Shown in pieces: positions 28,073 to 37,896 of a DNA stretch of 64,000 nucleotides. The notes under the pieces were generated by a model. The model was not told the origin of the DNA. It worked only from the letters and a program-made list of their open reading frames with translations, and made no database searches. This stretch comes from an uncultured Chloroflexia bacterium (lineage in GTDB: Bacteria > Chloroflexota > Limnocylindria > Limnocylindrales > CSP1-4). The stretch lies in assembly GCA_963833225.1 (NCBI GenBank), contig CAWHXD010000017.1:32001-96000 (forward strand), given 5' to 3'. How positions within the stretch are numbered: position 1 is the stretch's first letter; every line of letters begins with the position of its first letter. A program made the position numbers and the translations under genes.

Positions 28073-29335
28073 CTAGACCTTCATCGCCCGCAGGACCCGG
28101 CGCAGCGCGGTGTCGAGCGGGTCCTCGGATGTCTGGATCTCGATCGCCTGCCAGGCGAGCCCCAGGGGGGTCACGTCCTGCTGGTCCACGAGGAGGTCGG
28201 TGGCATCGCTGATGGCCTCGACCTGGGCGGGAGCCATCACCGACACCTCGGGCGGCCTGGCGAACGGGAGCTGCTTCCAGAACCGCTCCGCGCCCAGCGC
28301 AGCCCGGATCTCGGGCAGCCGGGACCCCCCGCCGCACAGCCAGATTCGCGACGGGAGCATCTCGCCGGCGGCCAGCTCTTCCATGACCAGCTCGACGCCC
28401 GCGGCCCAGACGGCGACGTCATCGCCCACGATGCCCGCGACGGCATCGTGCTCGTCGATCGCGAGCCCGCGCGCATAGTCCACCTTGAGCGCTTCCGCCC
28501 TCGGGAAGGGCAGGTCGAGGCGGTCGGCGATCGACTTGGTGAAAGCCCGGCCACCGAGCGCGAACATCCGGGTGCCCTCGATCCCGCCCTGGCGCACCAG
28601 TGCCACGTCCGTCGTCCCGCCCCCCACGTCCACGAACAGGGCGCCGGCCTGCCGGACCATCTCGGCCCCCAGCACCCGGGCCACCGCGTACGGCTCCGCC
28701 ACCACCTCGAGCAGCTCGAGGTCAAGCTGGCTGGCCACCGACTGGAGCGCTCCGAGATGGACCAGGGGCGCGAACGCATTGAAGATGCCGATCTTGACGT
28801 GGCGCCCCTGGAACCCGACCGGGTTGGACAGCGCATAGCCGTCGATCGAGGCCCCCACGATCGCGCTGTGGACGAGGCGGACGTCGACGTGGGGCAGCCC
28901 CGTCTCCCAGGTGATCGATCGTTCGGCCTCCTTGAGGGCCTCCCGCTGGACGCTGTCGATCAGCTTGACGAGCTCGCCGTCATTGACCGGCAGCTCCGGC
29001 CGCTTGCGCTCCTGCGTGAGCGTCGTCGTGAACCCCTTGACGAGCTCGCCGGCGATGCCGATGACGACCTGGGTCGGCCGGAAGCCGGCCATCTCCTCGG
29101 CCTCCTGGAGAGCGACCGAGCAGTTGTCCACGACCGCCGCGATGTCCGCGACGGTCCCTGACTGCATATGGGACAGGCCCTGTCGCTGGCGGCCGACACC
29201 GCGCACCGTCCCGTGGCCGGTCTCGTCGATCTCGAACACGAGCGCCTTGGCGAACTCGGTCCCGATGTCGAGCGCTGTGCACGCGGCGGGGATCGGGGTC
29301 TCATCGCGGTTCCAGAGGCGGCGGAGGAACGACAT
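28073..29335 (-). CDS. FtsA-like actin-family ATPase, not adjacent to ftsZ
   Basis: LDIGTEFAK (phosphate 1), SHS2-like insert with NPVGFQG, AEPYA, VDVGGGTTDVA (phosphate 2), GGRAFT, AEALK and LCGGGSRL (adenosine). Confidence 0.85.
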   Translation of the reverse strand: MSFLRRLWNRDETPIPAACTALDIGTEFAKALVFEIDETGHGTVRGVGRQRQGLSHMQSGTVADIAAVVDNCSVALQEAEEMAGFRPTQVVIGIAGELVKGFTTTLTQERKRPELPVNDGELVKLIDSVQREALKEAERSITWETGLPHVDVRLVHSAIVGASIDGYALSNPVGFQGRHVKIGIFNAFAPLVHLGALQSVASQLDLELLEVVAEPYAVARVLGAEMVRQAGALFVDVGGGTTDVALVRQGGIEGTRMFALGGRAFTKSIADRLDLPFPRAEALKVDYARGLAIDEHDAVAGIVGDDVAVWAAGVELVMEELAAGEMLPSRIWLCGGGSRLPEIRAALGAERFWKQLPFARPPEVSVMAPAQVEAISDATDLLVDQQDVTPLGLAWQAIEIQTSEDPLDTALRRVLRAMKV

Positions 29336-29370
29336 TCAGGCGGCCCCGACCACGGACCCGGCAGCGCGCG

Positions 29371-32172
29371 TCATCCGGGCCCCGCTTGCGCCGTGACGGC
29401 CGAGCGGACCGCCGCCAGCGCGTCACCCAGCCCCTCGCGACGGGACCCCTTCCCCTGGGCCATCTCCGCCCGACCGCCACCACGTCCATCGATCCTGGCC
29501 ACGGCCTGCTGGACGAGCGGCCCGGCCGCGATGCCACGGGCGACGAGGTCGTCGCTGACCGTCACGAACAGCTGCGGCTCGTCGGCGTCGAGCCCGACGG
29601 CGATCACCCCGCTGGGCAACGAGCCGCGGAGGTCCTTCGCGAACGCCTTGAGCGCGTCGATGGACTCCAGGTCCAGGACGGCGCCGACATACCTGACCCC
29701 GGCCCCCAGGTCCTCGGCCTTCGCCGCCAGGTCCCCGGGCCTCGGCCGCGTGCCACCCGTGCCCCCCGCCCGGAGGCGCCGCTTCGCCTCGCGCAGCTCG
29801 TCCTGGAGTGAGGCCACGCGCTCCTCGACGGCATCCGGGCCGCGGGCACCGACCGCCGCGACGGTTCGGTCGAGCGCCGCGAAGCGCTCGACCATCAGGG
29901 CATCCGCGGCGGCACCGGTGACCGCCTCGATCCGGCGCATCCCGGATCCGATGGATCGCTCGCCGGTGATGATGAAGTTGCCGACCTGCCCGGACGCGCG
30001 ACAGTGCGTCCCGCCGCACAGCTCGTGGGAGAAGCCGGCCACGCGGACGGTGCGCACCCGCTCGCCGTACTTCTCGTCGAAGAACGCGTCGGCGCCCGCG
30101 GCCTGCGCCTCTGCCATCGTCATCCACTCCACGCTCACCTCGCGGTCCTCGCGAACCACGCGCCGGACCTCGTCCTCGATGGCCCGCGTCTCCTCGTCGC
30201 TCAGCCCCCGCTCGAACGGGAAGTCAAACCGAAGGTAGTCCGGGTGGACCAGCGACCCCGCCTGGCGGGCGCGATCCCCCACCACGTTTCGGAGCGCGCG
30301 GTGGAGCAGGTGCGTCCCGGTGTGGTTGCGCATCGTGTGCGCCCGACGTGGCGCGTCCACCTCGCAGCGCAGGACGTCGCCGATCGCCACCCGGGCCCGG
30401 AGGAGGCCGCGATGCACGATCAGCCCCGCGCTCTGCGTCCCGGCCACGCGCTGGACATCGTCCACGTCGAACAGGAGGGCCCCGTCGGCGCCGCGCAGCC
30501 AGCCGATGTCACCGACCTGGCCGCCGCTCTCCGCGTAGAACGGCGTGCGGTCGAGCACGATCTCGGCGCGCGCGGCGGCCTCGGCGCGCAGCTCCACCTC
30601 GGGCACGGGCTCCAGCGTCTCGTACTCAGTGCCATCGCGCAGGATGGCGACCACGCGGGCGTCGCCGCTCGTGGCCTCGTAGCCAGTGAACTCGGTGGGC
30701 GCCGTGCGGGCGAGGACGTCCGCGTAGCGGGACGCGGCGAGGTTCGCCTCCGCCAGGCCGGACTTGGTGTGGGAGCGACTCCGCTGCCGCTGCTCGGCAA
30801 GCGCGTCCTGGAACCCGGCCAGGTCCGTCCGCACCCCGTACTCCGCGGCGAGCTCGACGGTGAGGTCGATCGGGAAGCCGTACGTGTCGTGGAGGCGGAA
30901 CGCGACGTCACCCGGGAGCACCGGGGCATCCGCCGGCAGGTGATCGGCCTGGCGGCCGACGGTGCGCGCCTCCGACGTCAGCGAGATCAGGGCATCCTCC
31001 AGGATCCCGACACCCGCCTCGAGCGTCCGGTTGAACTGGCGTTCCTCGCGCTCGATGACGCCCAGGACGTCGGCCCGGCGCTCGGCGAGGTGGGGATAGG
31101 CCCCGGCCATCGTCTCGATCACCACCTTGGCGGTCTCACCCAAGAACGGCTGGTGTCGACCGAGGAGCCGCCCGTGGCGGATCGCCCGGCGCATGATCCG
31201 GCGCAGCACGTAGCCGCGACCCTCGTTGGCGGGCCGGACGCCGTCGGCCACCAGGAACGTCACCGCCCGGCTGTGGTCGGCGATCACCTGGTAGCTGAAC
31301 CGCTCGGCCTCGAACGCGTCGGGGTCGCTGCCCAGCAGCTCGCGCATCCGCTCGTGGATCGGGGCGAACAGGTCGGTGTCGTAGTTGGTGCTCACGCCCT
31401 GGACCACGGACGCGATCCGCTCCAGACCCAGGCCCGTGTCCACGCCGGGGGCGGGAAGCGGCGTCAGCGAGCGATCCGGGTGCAGCTCGAACTCCATGAA
31501 CACGAGGTTCCAGACCTCGAGCCAGCGCGGGCAGTGTTCGCTGTGATCCGGGACGCAATCGGGACCCTCGGACAGGTGCGCGCCCCGGTCGTAGTGGATC
31601 TCCGAGCACGGGCCGGACGGTCCCACATCGCCCATCCGCCACCAGTTGGCCTCGTCGCCGGCCGGGAAGTCGCCCCAGCGCACGAGCCGGTCCTCGGTCA
31701 GACCAATCTCGTCCTTCCAGATGGCATGGGCGACATCGTCGGTCGTGTAGACCGTCGCCGCCAGCCGCTCCGCCGGGATCCCGAGGTCCCGGGTAAGGAA
31801 GTCCCAGGCCCAGTGGATGGCTTCGCGCTTGAAGTAGTCGCCAAAGCTCCAGTTGCCCAGCATCTCGAACAGGGTGTGGTGGCGCGGCGTGCGGCCGACC
31901 TCCTCGAAGTCGTTGTGCTTGCCCGCGACGCGCAGGCAGCGCTGGTAGTCCACGGCGCGCGTGTACTCGCGCTTCTCCACGCCCGTGAGCGCGTCCTTGA
32001 ACTGGACCATGCCGGAGTTGGTGAACAACAGCGTCTGGTCGCCGGCCGGCACAAGGCTCGCGCTGGGCACGACGGTGTGGCCGCGCTCGGCAAAGAACTC
32101 CACGAAGCGGCTGCGGATCTCGGCCGCGGACCGATACGGGATGACGGGACCGGACGGGGTGGGGCTGGACAT
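29371..32172 (-). CDS. alaS: Alanine--tRNA ligase
   Basis: LLFTNSGMVQFK, HHTLFEMLGNWSFGDYFK, GPCSEI, DTGLGLER and editing-domain NHTGTH/ELCGGTH motifs; ATG 32172. Confidence 0.98.
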   Translation of the reverse strand: MSSPTPSGPVIPYRSAAEIRSRFVEFFAERGHTVVPSASLVPAGDQTLLFTNSGMVQFKDALTGVEKREYTRAVDYQRCLRVAGKHNDFEEVGRTPRHHTLFEMLGNWSFGDYFKREAIHWAWDFLTRDLGIPAERLAATVYTTDDVAHAIWKDEIGLTEDRLVRWGDFPAGDEANWWRMGDVGPSGPCSEIHYDRGAHLSEGPDCVPDHSEHCPRWLEVWNLVFMEFELHPDRSLTPLPAPGVDTGLGLERIASVVQGVSTNYDTDLFAPIHERMRELLGSDPDAFEAERFSYQVIADHSRAVTFLVADGVRPANEGRGYVLRRIMRRAIRHGRLLGRHQPFLGETAKVVIETMAGAYPHLAERRADVLGVIEREERQFNRTLEAGVGILEDALISLTSEARTVGRQADHLPADAPVLPGDVAFRLHDTYGFPIDLTVELAAEYGVRTDLAGFQDALAEQRQRSRSHTKSGLAEANLAASRYADVLARTAPTEFTGYEATSGDARVVAILRDGTEYETLEPVPEVELRAEAAARAEIVLDRTPFYAESGGQVGDIGWLRGADGALLFDVDDVQRVAGTQSAGLIVHRGLLRARVAIGDVLRCEVDAPRRAHTMRNHTGTHLLHRALRNVVGDRARQAGSLVHPDYLRFDFPFERGLSDEETRAIEDEVRRVVREDREVSVEWMTMAEAQAAGADAFFDEKYGERVRTVRVAGFSHELCGGTHCRASGQVGNFIITGERSIGSGMRRIEAVTGAAADALMVERFAALDRTVAAVGARGPDAVEERVASLQDELREAKRRLRAGGTGGTRPRPGDLAAKAEDLGAGVRYVGAVLDLESIDALKAFAKDLRGSLPSGVIAVGLDADEPQLFVTVSDDLVARGIAAGPLVQQAVARIDGRGGGRAEMAQGKGSRREGLGDALAAVRSAVTAQAGPG

Positions 32173-32269
32173 CGGCGCAATGGTACCGAACGAGCGATGG
32201 TCGAACGGCCCGCTGCCAGAGATCCTCGCGCTGCCGGGGACCGCCGGGTCCCCCGCGCGCGCCTCGAGA

Positions 32270-32491
32270 CTAGGGCTGCTTCTCGCTGTCGTCGCGGCGC
32301 CGGCGCACCAGGGCGGCTCCGGCCACGGCGGCGCCAACCAGGGCACCCGCGATGAGGCCCCCCAGGAAGCGCCTGGACCGGTCGCTCTCGCCGCCGAGGA
32401 GATCGGCCAGGTCGGCCAGTCCACCAAGGGGCCGGGGATCACGCCGCGGGGTCACGGCCGGGTCGTCCGCGTGCTCGTCCTTGCCTGCCAA
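32270..32491 (-). CDS. Small membrane-anchored hypothetical protein with a YtxH-like Gly-rich helix
   Basis: RRFLGGLIAGALVGAAVAGAALVRRRR; TTG start 5 nt after the upstream stop; start uncertain. Confidence 0.45.
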   Translation of the reverse strand: MAGKDEHADDPAVTPRRDPRPLGGLADLADLLGGESDRSRRFLGGLIAGALVGAAVAGAALVRRRRDDSEKQP

Positions 32492-32495
32492 GTGG

Positions 32496-32777
32496 TCAGC
32501 CCGCCTTTCTGGACTGGGGTCCGAGCGTGGTGAGGATGGCCACGATGGCGATTGCCACCCAGGCCAGGATCGACGCCGGAATGAGCGAGAAATCGCCGAT
32601 CGCGAGCATGGTGATCCCGACACGGGTGCCCACGGCGGCGCCCGCCCAGGCGCCGAGCACGGCCGCCACGAAGGTGAGCGGCAGCCGCCCTCCGGCGTCG
32701 CCCCGGACCAGGACGTAGACCGCGGTATGGACGAGGCCCACCAGGACCGCGAGGGGGAGCGCGGGGCCGACGGTCAT
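32496..32777 (-). CDS. Small 3-TM membrane protein (GlsB/YeaQ/YmgE-like)
   Basis: ATGA overlap with the mnmA stop; 93-aa hydrophobic product with VLGAWAG. Confidence 0.6.
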   Translation of the reverse strand: MTVGPALPLAVLVGLVHTAVYVLVRGDAGGRLPLTFVAAVLGAWAGAAVGTRVGITMLAIGDFSLIPASILAWVAIAIVAILTTLGPQSRKAG

Positions 32778-33949
32778 GACAGCACGACCTCGCCCGCGAC
32801 CACCCGGCTCCCCGAAGGAGCGCCGGGTGACGCGATCCGTCCACCGCCGAGGCAGGTCTCCCCGTCGTACAGCGCACACACCTGGCCTGGGGCAATGGCC
32901 CACACGGGCGTGTCCGTGTCCACGACCCACGCCCCCATGCGGGCCGGCTCGTCCGGGCTTGCCGGGCGGACCCACGCGGGCACCAGCGGCGCGCGGTGGC
33001 GGATCCGGACCGCGGCCCGGAACGGGCGCCAGGGGCCATCCCCGTCCCGTCCAGCGGGCGGCCCGTCCGCCACGAATGACATCGAGTCCAGCGGGATGGT
33101 CCGAGTCTCCAGGTCCTCCCGCCTGCCGAGGACGATGGCATTGGTCCCCGGGTCGATGCGCGACACGAACCGCGGCTCGCCGACGGCCACACCGAGGCCC
33201 TTGCGCTGGCCGATGGTGAAACCCGGGGCGCCGTCATGCGTGCCGAGCAGCGTGCCGTCCGCGTCCAGCACCGGCCCCGGTGTCGGCAGCCACCCGCCCC
33301 GCGACCGCAGCTCGGTGCGGTAGTCACCGCCGGGCACGAAGCAGATCTCCTGGCTCTCGGGCTTCTCGGCCGTGGTGAGCCCGAGCCCGCGCGCCATGTC
33401 GCGGACCTCCGGCTTGGTCAGGTCGCCGAGGGGAAAGCGGCTGTGCCACAACTGGTCCTGGCGGAGCCCGTACAGGAAGTAGGTCTGGTCCTTCGCCTCG
33501 TCGGCTGCCCGCACAAGCACGGCGCGCGGGCCGTCCGGTGTGTCCCGGACCATCCTGCGTGCGTAGTGCCCGGTGGCGACCGCCTCGCACCCGTAGAGGT
33601 GGCGCGCGCGCCCGAGCAGGGCACCGAACTTGACCACCGTGTTGCAGTCGACGCAGGGGCTCGGTGTCCTGCCGCCGAGGTAGGCGGCCACGAACGGGTC
33701 GATCACCCCGGCCCCGAACTCGCGCTCGAGGTTCATGACGTAGAACGGGATCCCCAGGTGGGCCGCGACGCGGCGGGCGTCGTCGGCGGCGTCGGCGGAG
33801 CAGCAGCTCTTGCGGAACTCGCTGTAGCTGTCGGCGACCTCGTGCAGGCGCATCCAGACCCCGACCACCTCGTGGCCCTGGTCTACGAGCAGGGCGGCCG
33901 CCACGGAGCTGTCGACGCCCCCGCTCATGGCCACCAGGATCCGGCTCAT
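32774..33949 (-). CDS. mnmA: tRNA 2-thiouridine(34) synthase MnmA
   Basis: [50 protein letters not shown] and PGQ motifs. Confidence 0.97.
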   Translation of the reverse strand: MSRILVAMSGGVDSSVAAALLVDQGHEVVGVWMRLHEVADSYSEFRKSCCSADAADDARRVAAHLGIPFYVMNLEREFGAGVIDPFVAAYLGGRTPSPCVDCNTVVKFGALLGRARHLYGCEAVATGHYARRMVRDTPDGPRAVLVRAADEAKDQTYFLYGLRQDQLWHSRFPLGDLTKPEVRDMARGLGLTTAEKPESQEICFVPGGDYRTELRSRGGWLPTPGPVLDADGTLLGTHDGAPGFTIGQRKGLGVAVGEPRFVSRIDPGTNAIVLGRREDLETRTIPLDSMSFVADGPPAGRDGDGPWRPFRAAVRIRHRAPLVPAWVRPASPDEPARMGAWVVDTDTPVWAIAPGQVCALYDGETCLGGGRIASPGAPSGSRVVAGEVVLS

Positions 33950-35118
33950 CCCGTGGCCGCCTCCGCGGGCATCCGCGGTGCCGCCTCGAGCAGCCGCCGC
34001 ATGACGGCGGGGACCACCCTGGCGGCCTCCTCGATCTCGGCGACGGTCGTCGTCCGGCCAAGGGACAGGCGCACGGCGCCTCGTGCCTCCTCGTCCGGAT
34101 AGCCCATCGCCGACAGGACGTGGCTGACCTCGGCCGAGCCGCTAGTGCAGGCGGAGCCCGTGGAGCACGCGATCCCCTCGAGGTCCAGCGCGAGCGTGAC
34201 CGAGCCGCCGTCGATACCGTGGACGAGCACCGACAGGATGTGGGGCAGTCGATCGACTGGATGCCCGGTGAGCTCGACCCCGTCCACCGCCAGCAGGGCG
34301 TCGGCAAGGCGCTCCCGGAGCGCCTGCACCCGGCCGGCGGTCTCGGTCCGCTCGGCCGCGACGAGCTCGAACGCCCGGGCCATGCCCACGGCACCGGCGA
34401 GGTTCTCCGTTCCGGCTCGCCGGTGGCGCTCCTGCGACCCCCCGTGCTGCTGGGCCAGGATGTGCGTCCCCTTGCGGATCCAGAGGGCGCCGGTGCCCTT
34501 GGGACCCTCCGCCTTGTGGGCGCCGAAGGCGACGAGGTCGGCGCCCAGCGCCTCCATGTCCATCGGCCGCCACGGGGCGGCCTGGACCGCGTCCACGTGA
34601 AGCAGCACCCCGCGACGGGCGTGGACCACCTCGGCGATCTCCCCGATGGGCTGGATCGTGCCGACCTCGTTGTTCGCGAGCATCACGCTGACCACGATCG
34701 TCCTGTCCGTCAGCGCCCGCTCGATGCTCGCCGGGTCCACGCGCCCATAGCGGTCGACGGCCACCTCGACGACCTCGAAGCCGAACTTCTCCAGGTGGGC
34801 CAGGGTGTGCCCCACCGCGTGGTGCTCCACCGGCGAGGTGACGATGCGGGCACCGCGGGTACGCCCGGCCCAGGCCGCCCCCTTGAGCGCGAGGTTGCTC
34901 GCCTCGGTCCCGCCGCTCGTGAACACCACCTCCCGCGCGTCAGCCCCGATCGCCCCCGCGAACCGCTCGTGCGCGCCGTCGAGGGCCTCGCGGGCGGCCC
35001 GGCCCCAGGCGTGCGTGGACGACGGGTTGCCGAAGGTCGTGCCCAGGAACGGCAGCATCGCCTCGAGGACCTCGGGGCGGAGCGGCGTGGTCGCGGCATG
35101 GTCGAGGTAGATCGGCAT
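33946..35118 (-). CDS. iscS: Cysteine desulfurase (IscS/NifS class)
   Basis: [36 protein letters not shown] and STGSAC motifs. Confidence 0.93.
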   Translation of the reverse strand: MPIYLDHAATTPLRPEVLEAMLPFLGTTFGNPSSTHAWGRAAREALDGAHERFAGAIGADAREVVFTSGGTEASNLALKGAAWAGRTRGARIVTSPVEHHAVGHTLAHLEKFGFEVVEVAVDRYGRVDPASIERALTDRTIVVSVMLANNEVGTIQPIGEIAEVVHARRGVLLHVDAVQAAPWRPMDMEALGADLVAFGAHKAEGPKGTGALWIRKGTHILAQQHGGSQERHRRAGTENLAGAVGMARAFELVAAERTETAGRVQALRERLADALLAVDGVELTGHPVDRLPHILSVLVHGIDGGSVTLALDLEGIACSTGSACTSGSAEVSHVLSAMGYPDEEARGAVRLSLGRTTTVAEIEEAARVVPAVMRRLLEAAPRMPAEAATG

Positions 35119-35175
35119 GGTCGAGGGATTGTACGTCCGCGCCGCGCGGACCCCCGGCCCGAGGGTCGACGGAGG

Positions 35176-37101
35176 TCAGGCGCGCTCGGCCCGAACCAGG
35201 TCGTGGGCGCGGCCCCGCTCGCGGTCGCGCTCGTGCCTGGCCAGCAGGCGCTTGCGCAGCCGGATCGCCGACGGCGTGACCTCGACCAGCTCGTCCGCCC
35301 CGATGAACTCGATCGCGCTCTCGAGGGTGAGCGGACGGGGCGGCGTGAGCCGGAGCGCCTCGTCGTGGGCGTGCGTCCGGATGTTGGTGAGCTTCTTCTC
35401 CTTGGTCGCGTTGACGTCCATGTCACCCGAGCGCGCGTTCTCGCCCACGATCATGCCCTCGTAGACGTCCACGCCAGCCCCGATGAACAGCTCCGACCGA
35501 TCCTGGAGGTTGAACAGCGCGTAGGCGTTCGACGTCCCCGCCCGGTCGGCGATGAGCACCCCGTTGGTCCGGTGGGTCACCTCCCCGGCCCACGGCCCGT
35601 AGCCCTCGCCGATCTGGTGGAGCAGGGCCGTGCCGCGGGTGTCGGTCAGCAGCTGGCCGCGGTAGCCGATGAGACCGCGAACCGGGAGCACGAACTCCAT
35701 CCGCACCCGGCCGTCGGCATCGGTCGTCATCTGCTCCAGGCGGCCCTTGCGCCCGGCCAGCGCGTGCTGCACCTCGCCGATGTAGTCGGGCGGGATGTCG
35801 ATGGTGATCCGCTCGTAGGGCTCCTGGACCTGGCCGCCAACCTCGTGGAGGATGACCTCCGGGCGGCTGACGGTGAGCTCGTAGCTCTCGCGCCGCATCT
35901 GCTCGATGAGCACGGCCAGCTGGAGCTCGCCCCGCCCCCGGACCTCGAAGGTGTCGCCGGACTCGGTCGGGTGGACCTCGATGGACACGTTGCCCAGGAT
36001 CTCGCGATCCAGGCGGGCCTTGATCTGGCGCGACGTCACGTACCTGCCGTCCCGGCCGCCAAGCGGCGACGTGTTGACCCCGAACGTCATGCTCAGGGTC
36101 GGCTCGTCCACGTCCAGGCGCGGCAGTGGCCGGGGATCACCCGGTTCCGTAATCGTGTCGCCGATGGTCACCTCGGGCAGGCCGGCCACGGAGACGATCT
36201 CGCCCGGGCCTGCCTCGGCGATCTCCACCCGCTCCATCCCGCGGGCCGTCTGGAGGCTGCTCACGGTGCCGCTGATGGTCACCGTGCGGCCGGGCTCCAC
36301 GCCGCCCGCCGTATCGTCCGGCTCGTCGCGGACCACCGCGATCCGCTGGCCAACCCGGATCGTCCCGTTGCGGATGCGGCCGACGGCCATCCGTCCGACG
36401 TATTCGTTGGCGCTCAGGTTGGTGACCATCAGCTGGAGCGGATGGCCCTCGTCGAACACGGGCGCCGGGGTCACCTCGATGAGGAGGTCGAGCAGCGGGC
36501 GCAGGTCCGTGCCCGGGACGGCGAGGTCGCGGGTCGCGGTCCCCAGCCTGGCGTTGGTATAGACCACCGGGAACTCGATCTGTTCCTCGTCGGCGCCCAG
36601 ATCCATGAACAGCTCGTACACGGCATCGAGCACCTCGGCCGCGCGGGCGTCCGAGCGGTCGATCTTGTTGAGCGCGACGACCACGGGCAGCCGGCGCGCC
36701 ATCGCCTTCTGGAGCACATATCGCGTCTGCGGCAGGGGCCCTTCGGCGGCGTCAACGAGCAGCAGCACGGAGTCCACCATGAGCAGGCTGCGCTCCACCT
36801 CGCCGCCAAAGTCCGCGTGGCCGGGTGTGTCGACGATGTTGAGCCGGACTCCGCCGACCTCGATCATCGTCTGCTTGGCGAGGATCGTGATCCCCTTCTC
36901 GCGCTCGAGGTCCCCGGAGTCCATCACCCGGTCCACCAGGGCCTGGTTCTCGCGGAACACGCCGGTCTGGCGAAGCATGGCATCGACGAGGGTGGTCTTG
37001 CCGTGGTCGACATGGGCGACGATCGCCACGTTGCGAAGGTCGCCGCGGACGGCGGGCGTGGTGGCGCTGGCGGGCACGACGGGGCCGGGAGTGCTGTTCA
37101 T
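35176..37101 (-). CDS. typA: Translational GTPase TypA/BipA
   Basis: AHVDHGKTT, EKGITILAK, DTPGHADFGGEVER, GRGELQL and ELVEVTP motifs. Confidence 0.97.
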   Translation of the reverse strand: MNSTPGPVVPASATTPAVRGDLRNVAIVAHVDHGKTTLVDAMLRQTGVFRENQALVDRVMDSGDLEREKGITILAKQTMIEVGGVRLNIVDTPGHADFGGEVERSLLMVDSVLLLVDAAEGPLPQTRYVLQKAMARRLPVVVALNKIDRSDARAAEVLDAVYELFMDLGADEEQIEFPVVYTNARLGTATRDLAVPGTDLRPLLDLLIEVTPAPVFDEGHPLQLMVTNLSANEYVGRMAVGRIRNGTIRVGQRIAVVRDEPDDTAGGVEPGRTVTISGTVSSLQTARGMERVEIAEAGPGEIVSVAGLPEVTIGDTITEPGDPRPLPRLDVDEPTLSMTFGVNTSPLGGRDGRYVTSRQIKARLDREILGNVSIEVHPTESGDTFEVRGRGELQLAVLIEQMRRESYELTVSRPEVILHEVGGQVQEPYERITIDIPPDYIGEVQHALAGRKGRLEQMTTDADGRVRMEFVLPVRGLIGYRGQLLTDTRGTALLHQIGEGYGPWAGEVTHRTNGVLIADRAGTSNAYALFNLQDRSELFIGAGVDVYEGMIVGENARSGDMDVNATKEKKLTNIRTHAHDEALRLTPPRPLTLESAIEFIGADELVEVTPSAIRLRKRLLARHERDRERGRAHDLVRAERA

Positions 37102-37212
37102 GGGCGGGCGGAAGTGTCGCACATGCGGGCCATTCGGGCATCGGGCCGGGTCTCCCCGGGCCCGCTGCGCGCCCGGCGGCTACACTCCGGCCGAGCTATC
37201 AAGGAGCCGCCC

Positions 37213-37896
37213 ATGACCGTCGCCGCCGTGATCCTCGCCGCGACCCCGACCTCCGCGCTCGCGGACGCCGACGGCACGCCGGCCGCCCGCCGCCTCGCGG
37301 ACACGGCGTGGGCGGGGGGGGCCACCCCCGTGGTCGTGTGCACGTTCGATCCCGAGGGTGCGGTTGCCGCGGCCCTCGCCAACGCCGAGGTGACACTGGC
37401 GGACCCCGTCGATCCATCCCTGGGCCCGGTCGGCCAGATCGTCAACGGCGTCGAGGCGGCCGTGCGCCTGGTCTCGGAGACCGAGGCTGCGCTCGTGTGG
37501 CCCGCGCGGCTGGCCTGGGTGGACGCGGAGACGGTCACCACGCTGATCGCGGCCCACGGGGAGGATCGCAACGCGGTGGTGCGGCCCGCCTACGACGGGG
37601 AGGCGGGCTTCCCCGTGCTGCTGCCCGTCACCCATCTCGACGGGCTCCGCGCCCTCGCCTCCGACCGCATGCCCGGGGAGCTGTTCGAGGACCTCGAGGC
37701 TGCGGGGGTCCCGGTCCGGGTCATCGAGACGGGGGATCCCGGTGTGACCCACGACGTGTCGGTCCCGGCAGCCGAGCTGCCCCCCTACGATGGCCCGCCC
37801 GAGCCCGCCGCGACACCCGAGTGGGGCGCCGGCGTGGCCGACCAGGCAGACGATGCGCCCGTGACGGGGCCTGCTCGCCTGGGACTCGACGCGTGA
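37213..37896 (+). CDS. MobA/MocA-like NTP-transferase fold protein with degenerate motifs
   Basis: AAVILAA start, RPAYDGEAGFPVL and DPGVTHDV; AAGGAG RBS and TACACT -10 upstream. Confidence 0.7.
   Translation: MTVAAVILAATPTSALADADGTPAARRLADTAWAGGATPVVVCTFDPEGAVAAALANAEVTLADPVDPSLGPVGQIVNGVEAAVRLVSETEAALVWPARLAWVDAETVTTLIAAHGEDRNAVVRPAYDGEAGFPVLLPVTHLDGLRALASDRMPGELFEDLEAAGVPVRVIETGDPGVTHDVSVPAAELPPYDGPPEPAATPEWGAGVADQADDAPVTGPARLGLDA

Noticed and set aside
24351-28076. 1241-aa plus-strand ORF and other very long plus-strand ORFs (5478-7412, 30004-32355, 48949-51513, 58670-61492, and the 5' part of 34120-37896)
   Set aside because: These are antisense shadows of well-supported minus-strand genes in GC-rich DNA, with Arg/Gly/Pro-rich translations and no motifs. 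Only 37213-37896 of the last one is a real gene.
32173-32269. T-box leader upstream of alaS (also checked for hisS and aspS)
   Set aside because: The intergenic space is too short, no T-box consensus was seen, and for alaS and hisS a -10 box sits immediately before the start codon.
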